A stretch of 64,000 nucleotides of DNA from an uncultured Actinomycetes bacterium (GTDB lineage: Bacteria; Actinomycetota; Acidimicrobiia; IMCC26256; JACDBD01). A program made the translations under genes and the position numbers. The DNA lies in contig CAWIJM010000031.1 in NCBI GenBank assembly GCA_963836445.1, positions 18,680 to 82,679 of the forward strand, given 5' to 3'. The notes beneath the pieces are model-generated. The model made no database searches, was not told where the DNA came from, and saw nothing but the letters and a program-made list of their open reading frames with translations. Of this stretch, positions 60,927 to 64,000 are shown piece by piece; the first letter of the stretch is position 1; every line of letters begins with the position of its first letter.

Positions 60927-60933
60927 CGCGGCC

Positions 60934-61707
60934 GTGAAGGACTCGCTCGGCTCGGTCCAGTCCGTGCTCGTCCTCGGGGGCGGCTCGGAGATCGCGCTCG
61001 CCACGGTGCGCGAGCTCGTGGCGCGGCGGGCGACGACGGTCGTGCTCGCGGCGCGGCGGCCCGACGCCCTCGACGCCGAGGTGAAGGAGCTCCGCGAGCT
61101 CGCCGCCGGGCGCCCGAACGTGACGATCGAGGCGGTGCCGTTCGACGCCGATGCCCTCGACACGCACGACGCGTTCGTCGACGGCGTGTTCGACCGGTTC
61201 GGCGACTTCGACCTCGTGCTGGTCGCGTTCGGCGTGCTCGGCGAGCAGAGCCGAGCCGAGCGCGACGGCGCCGCCGCCGTCGAGATCGCCCGCGTGAACT
61301 ACCTCGATCCGGTCGGCGTCGCGGTCCCGGTGGCGAACCGGCTCCGGGCCCAGGGGCACGGGACCATCGTCGTGCTCTCGTCCGTCGCCGGTGAGCGCGC
61401 CCGCCGGTCGAACTTCGTGTACGGGTCGACGAAGGCGGGCCTCGACGCGTTCTTCCAGGGCCTCGGCGACGCGCTCGTGGGCACGGGCGCGTCGGTGATG
61501 ATCGTGCGGCCGGGCTTCGTGCACACGAAGATGACCGAAGGTCTCGATCCCGCGCCGCTGGCGACGACGCCGGAGGCGGTCGCCGATGCGATCGTGCGGG
61601 GCATGGAGCGCGGGTCCGAGATCATGTGGGTGCCGCCGGCGCTGCGCTGGGTGATGACCGTTCTGCGCCACGTGCCGCGCCCGCTGTTCCGCAAGCTCCC
61701 GCTCTGA
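60934..61707 (+). CDS. dprE2: Decaprenylphosphoryl-2-keto-pentose reductase DprE2-like
   Basis: [32 protein letters not shown], ends FRKLPL. Confidence 0.88.
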   Translation: MKDSLGSVQSVLVLGGGSEIALATVRELVARRATTVVLAARRPDALDAEVKELRELAAGRPNVTIEAVPFDADALDTHDAFVDGVFDRFGDFDLVLVAFGVLGEQSRAERDGAAAVEIARVNYLDPVGVAVPVANRLRAQGHGTIVVLSSVAGERARRSNFVYGSTKAGLDAFFQGLGDALVGTGASVMIVRPGFVHTKMTEGLDPAPLATTPEAVADAIVRGMERGSEIMWVPPALRWVMTVLRHVPRPLFRKLPL

Positions 61708-61709
61708 CG

Positions 61710-62367
61710 ATGCACGAGGCGCCACGGCGGTGAGCACGTCGTCGCGGCGTTCGACTTCGACAAGACCCTCTCGACGCGCGACAACGTGGTGCCGTTCCTC
61801 CGTGCCGTGGTCGGGCGCACGCGGCTCACCCGGGCGTTGCTCGCGATCAGCCCGCGGCTCGTCCGGGCGGCGCTGGACGACGAGCGGCGGGACGCGGCGA
61901 AGGTCGCGCTCGTGCACCACACGCTCACCGGCTACGACGCCGGCCGGATCGCCGCCGTGGCCGCCGAGTTCGCCGACGACGTCGTGGCCCGGCATCTGCG
62001 GGCCGACGTCGTCGAGCGGGTCGCGTGGCACCGGAACCAGGGGCACGAGCTCGTGATCGTGTCCGCCTCGTTCACGAGCTACCTCGACCCGATCGCCGCG
62101 CGGCTCGGGTTCGCCGCCGTGCTCGCCACCGAGCTCGCCGTCGGCGACGACGGGAGGCTGACGGGCGAACTCGTCCGACCCAACGTGCGCGGCGCCGAGA
62201 AGGTGCGGCGGCTCGACGAGTGGCTCGGGGCGACTGCCTCCGACGCCGGGCCGGCGTTCCTGTGGGCCTACGGCGACAGCTCCGGCGATCGCGAACTCCT
62301 GCACGCGCCGACCAGGGAGTCCGGGTCGGCGGACGCCGCTGGATCGGACCGGCCGCGCTACCAGTAG
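61710..62367 (+). CDS. HAD-IB family phosphatase (ends approximate)
   Basis: AFDFDKT motif I, IVSAS, GAEK, AYGDSSGD. Confidence 0.85.
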
Positions 62368-63732
62368 AGCTTCACGTAGTGGCGCGTGTACGGCAGGTAG
62401 TCGTACAACGCGTGGCCCGGACACTCCGTCGAGGACGTGTCGCGGTGCCCGAGGATGTCGGCCGCCGGATCGTCGAACGGGTCGACGCCGTGGATCTTGA
62501 GCTTCCAGCGGATGAGGTTCTCCAGCGTGCCGAGCGCTCCGTTCGACGGTGGTGACCGAGCTGAACGTCCCGAGTATCGCGATCCCGGTCGTGCCGGTGT
62601 TCGCGCCGATCGCGTGGGCGCCGATGACCGGTTGGTCGATGCCACCCAGCCGGCCTTCGAACGGGACGCCGTAGTTGTCGATGATGAAGTTGTACGCGAT
62701 GTCGCAGTACCCGAGCGACTGGACGTGGTACGCCCAGATCCCGCGCATGATCCCGACGCTGTCGCCGGGCCCGTAGACGTTGCTGTTCACCGTGTGGTGC
62801 ACGATCGCGGTGCCGACGTACGTGTACTCGGGCCCGCCCGGGCACGCGTCCCAGTTCCACGGGAGGTCGGGCGCCCAGCTCGACCGGGGCACGATCTCAT
62901 CCGGAGCCCCCGCGCCGGCGGACCATCCTTCGTCGGCGCGCAGGCGACCCCGACCGCGACCACGGCGACGACGAGCACCGCGAGCAGGCGGCGACGGCGC
63001 ACGATGAACGCCACCGCCAGGCGTCGCGAGCGCGCCGCAGCCAGCCCCTGCCCGAGGCCCAGCGCCTGTCCGCGGGCTGGGACGTGGTGGTCGTCGTCGT
63101 CGACGGGGGGGGGCTGCCCGGGCCACCGGCCGGCACCGACGGCGTCGGCGCGCTCGGGACCGGCGGGCGGTGGACGGCGGCGATCCGGGATTGTGCACTC
63201 GACGCTCGTCTCCGGCTTCTTGCCGGTGGTCGAGTCGACGACGTGGAGCTTGACGTCCTGCGCCGTGCCGTCGTCGAGCCGGACCCGGACGCCGGTGACG
63301 TGCTTGCCCACCCACACCGGCTCGGTGATGTTCTTCGGGAGCGACCTTGGCGACGGCGGCAGCTTCCTTCGAGCCGGGGTCCGGGCCGTTGTCGACGGCT
63401 TCGATGTCGGACACCTTCCGCCAGCTTCCGTGCTGGTCCCGGACCTCGACCGTGAACTGGGCGCCGGGGTCGCCGTCCCACTGAACGCCGACGAGATTGG
63501 CGTCGGTGCCGACCTGGCCTTCCCATCCGGCGTCGACCGGCGCCGGGCCCGCGGTGAGGTCGACCTTGTCCACCTTGGGCTCCGGCTTCGGCGACGGCCC
63601 CTGCCCCTGCTGGCCGAACGCGGCTGCGGCCAGCACGCTCACCGACGCGGCTGCGAGCGCGGCGCCGGCGACGAGCTTCGTGCGGCGGGACCGGAAGCGG
63701 ATGCGCCGCAGCCGTCGAGTCTTGCGGTCCAT
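62358..63732 (-). CDS. N-acetylmuramoyl-L-alanine amidase (Amidase_2) with N-terminal secreted domain (frameshifted)
   Basis: Signal peptide; IVHHTVNSN, YCDIAYNFIIDNYG, GAHAIGAN, GHRD...TECPG. Confidence 0.85.
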
Positions 63733-63898
63733 CAGTCGACTCCGGGGAAAGAGACGTTAGAGATGTGGACGTTGAGGGCAGAGGGGACAGTGTGACAGGT
63801 GTGCCCAACTGCGCGAAAAATCGTCACACTGAGGCCCGGACTGAAGCCGGATTTCCCGAACGGACGGCCATCCTGCCGTTTGCGTAGCCTCTGCCAGC

Positions 63899-64000
63899 GT
63901 GGACAAGCGGCGGCGCCTGAGCGCCTGGCTCCGGGGTGACGGCATCGAGATCGGCGCCCTCAACGTGCCGCTGGGGCTTCACCGGCGAGGCTCGTGTCCG
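63899..64000 (+). CDS. Probable methyltransferase, 5' part (runs off window)
   Basis: VDKRRRLSAWLRGDGIEIGALNVPL; TAGCCT 8 nt upstream. Confidence 0.55.
   Translation, partial: MDKRRRLSAWLRGDGIEIGALNVPLGLHRRGSCP

Overview
High-GC actinobacterial chromosome segment, probably Acidimicrobiia (inferred from gene content and style). It is mostly core genome that follows the familiar actinobacterial neighbourhood ilvC-ilvN-ilvB ... ilvD ... gatBAC ... ligA-MetE-like ... mnmA-iscS. It continues with methylmalonyl-CoA mutase/MeaB, a sirtuin, ppgK, moeB, pepA, PduO, a decaprenyl-phospho-arabinose (UbiA-DprE1-DprE2-HAD) cluster and an amidase. Many genes, including essential ones, carry single-base indels, so this is almost certainly an unpolished long-read sequence, and boundaries of frameshifted genes are approximate. 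The top observation is a dispersed ~65-nt structured element in 5 copies, with compensatory base changes in two hairpins. In 4 copies it sits exactly between a TAnnnT -10 box and a Shine-Dalgarno/start codon of unrelated genes (LLM oxidoreductase, gatC, ligA, methylmalonyl-CoA mutase), in a genome where many genes look leaderless. Other points of note: an unannotated ilvB leader-peptide attenuator; a divergent AdoMetDC-like + acyl-synthase-like pair facing a GGDEF-EAL sensor; a hairpin-dense non-coding island with a small hydrophobic peptide; and an antisense gene splitting gatCAB. No rRNA, tRNA, CRISPR array or transposase was recognised.
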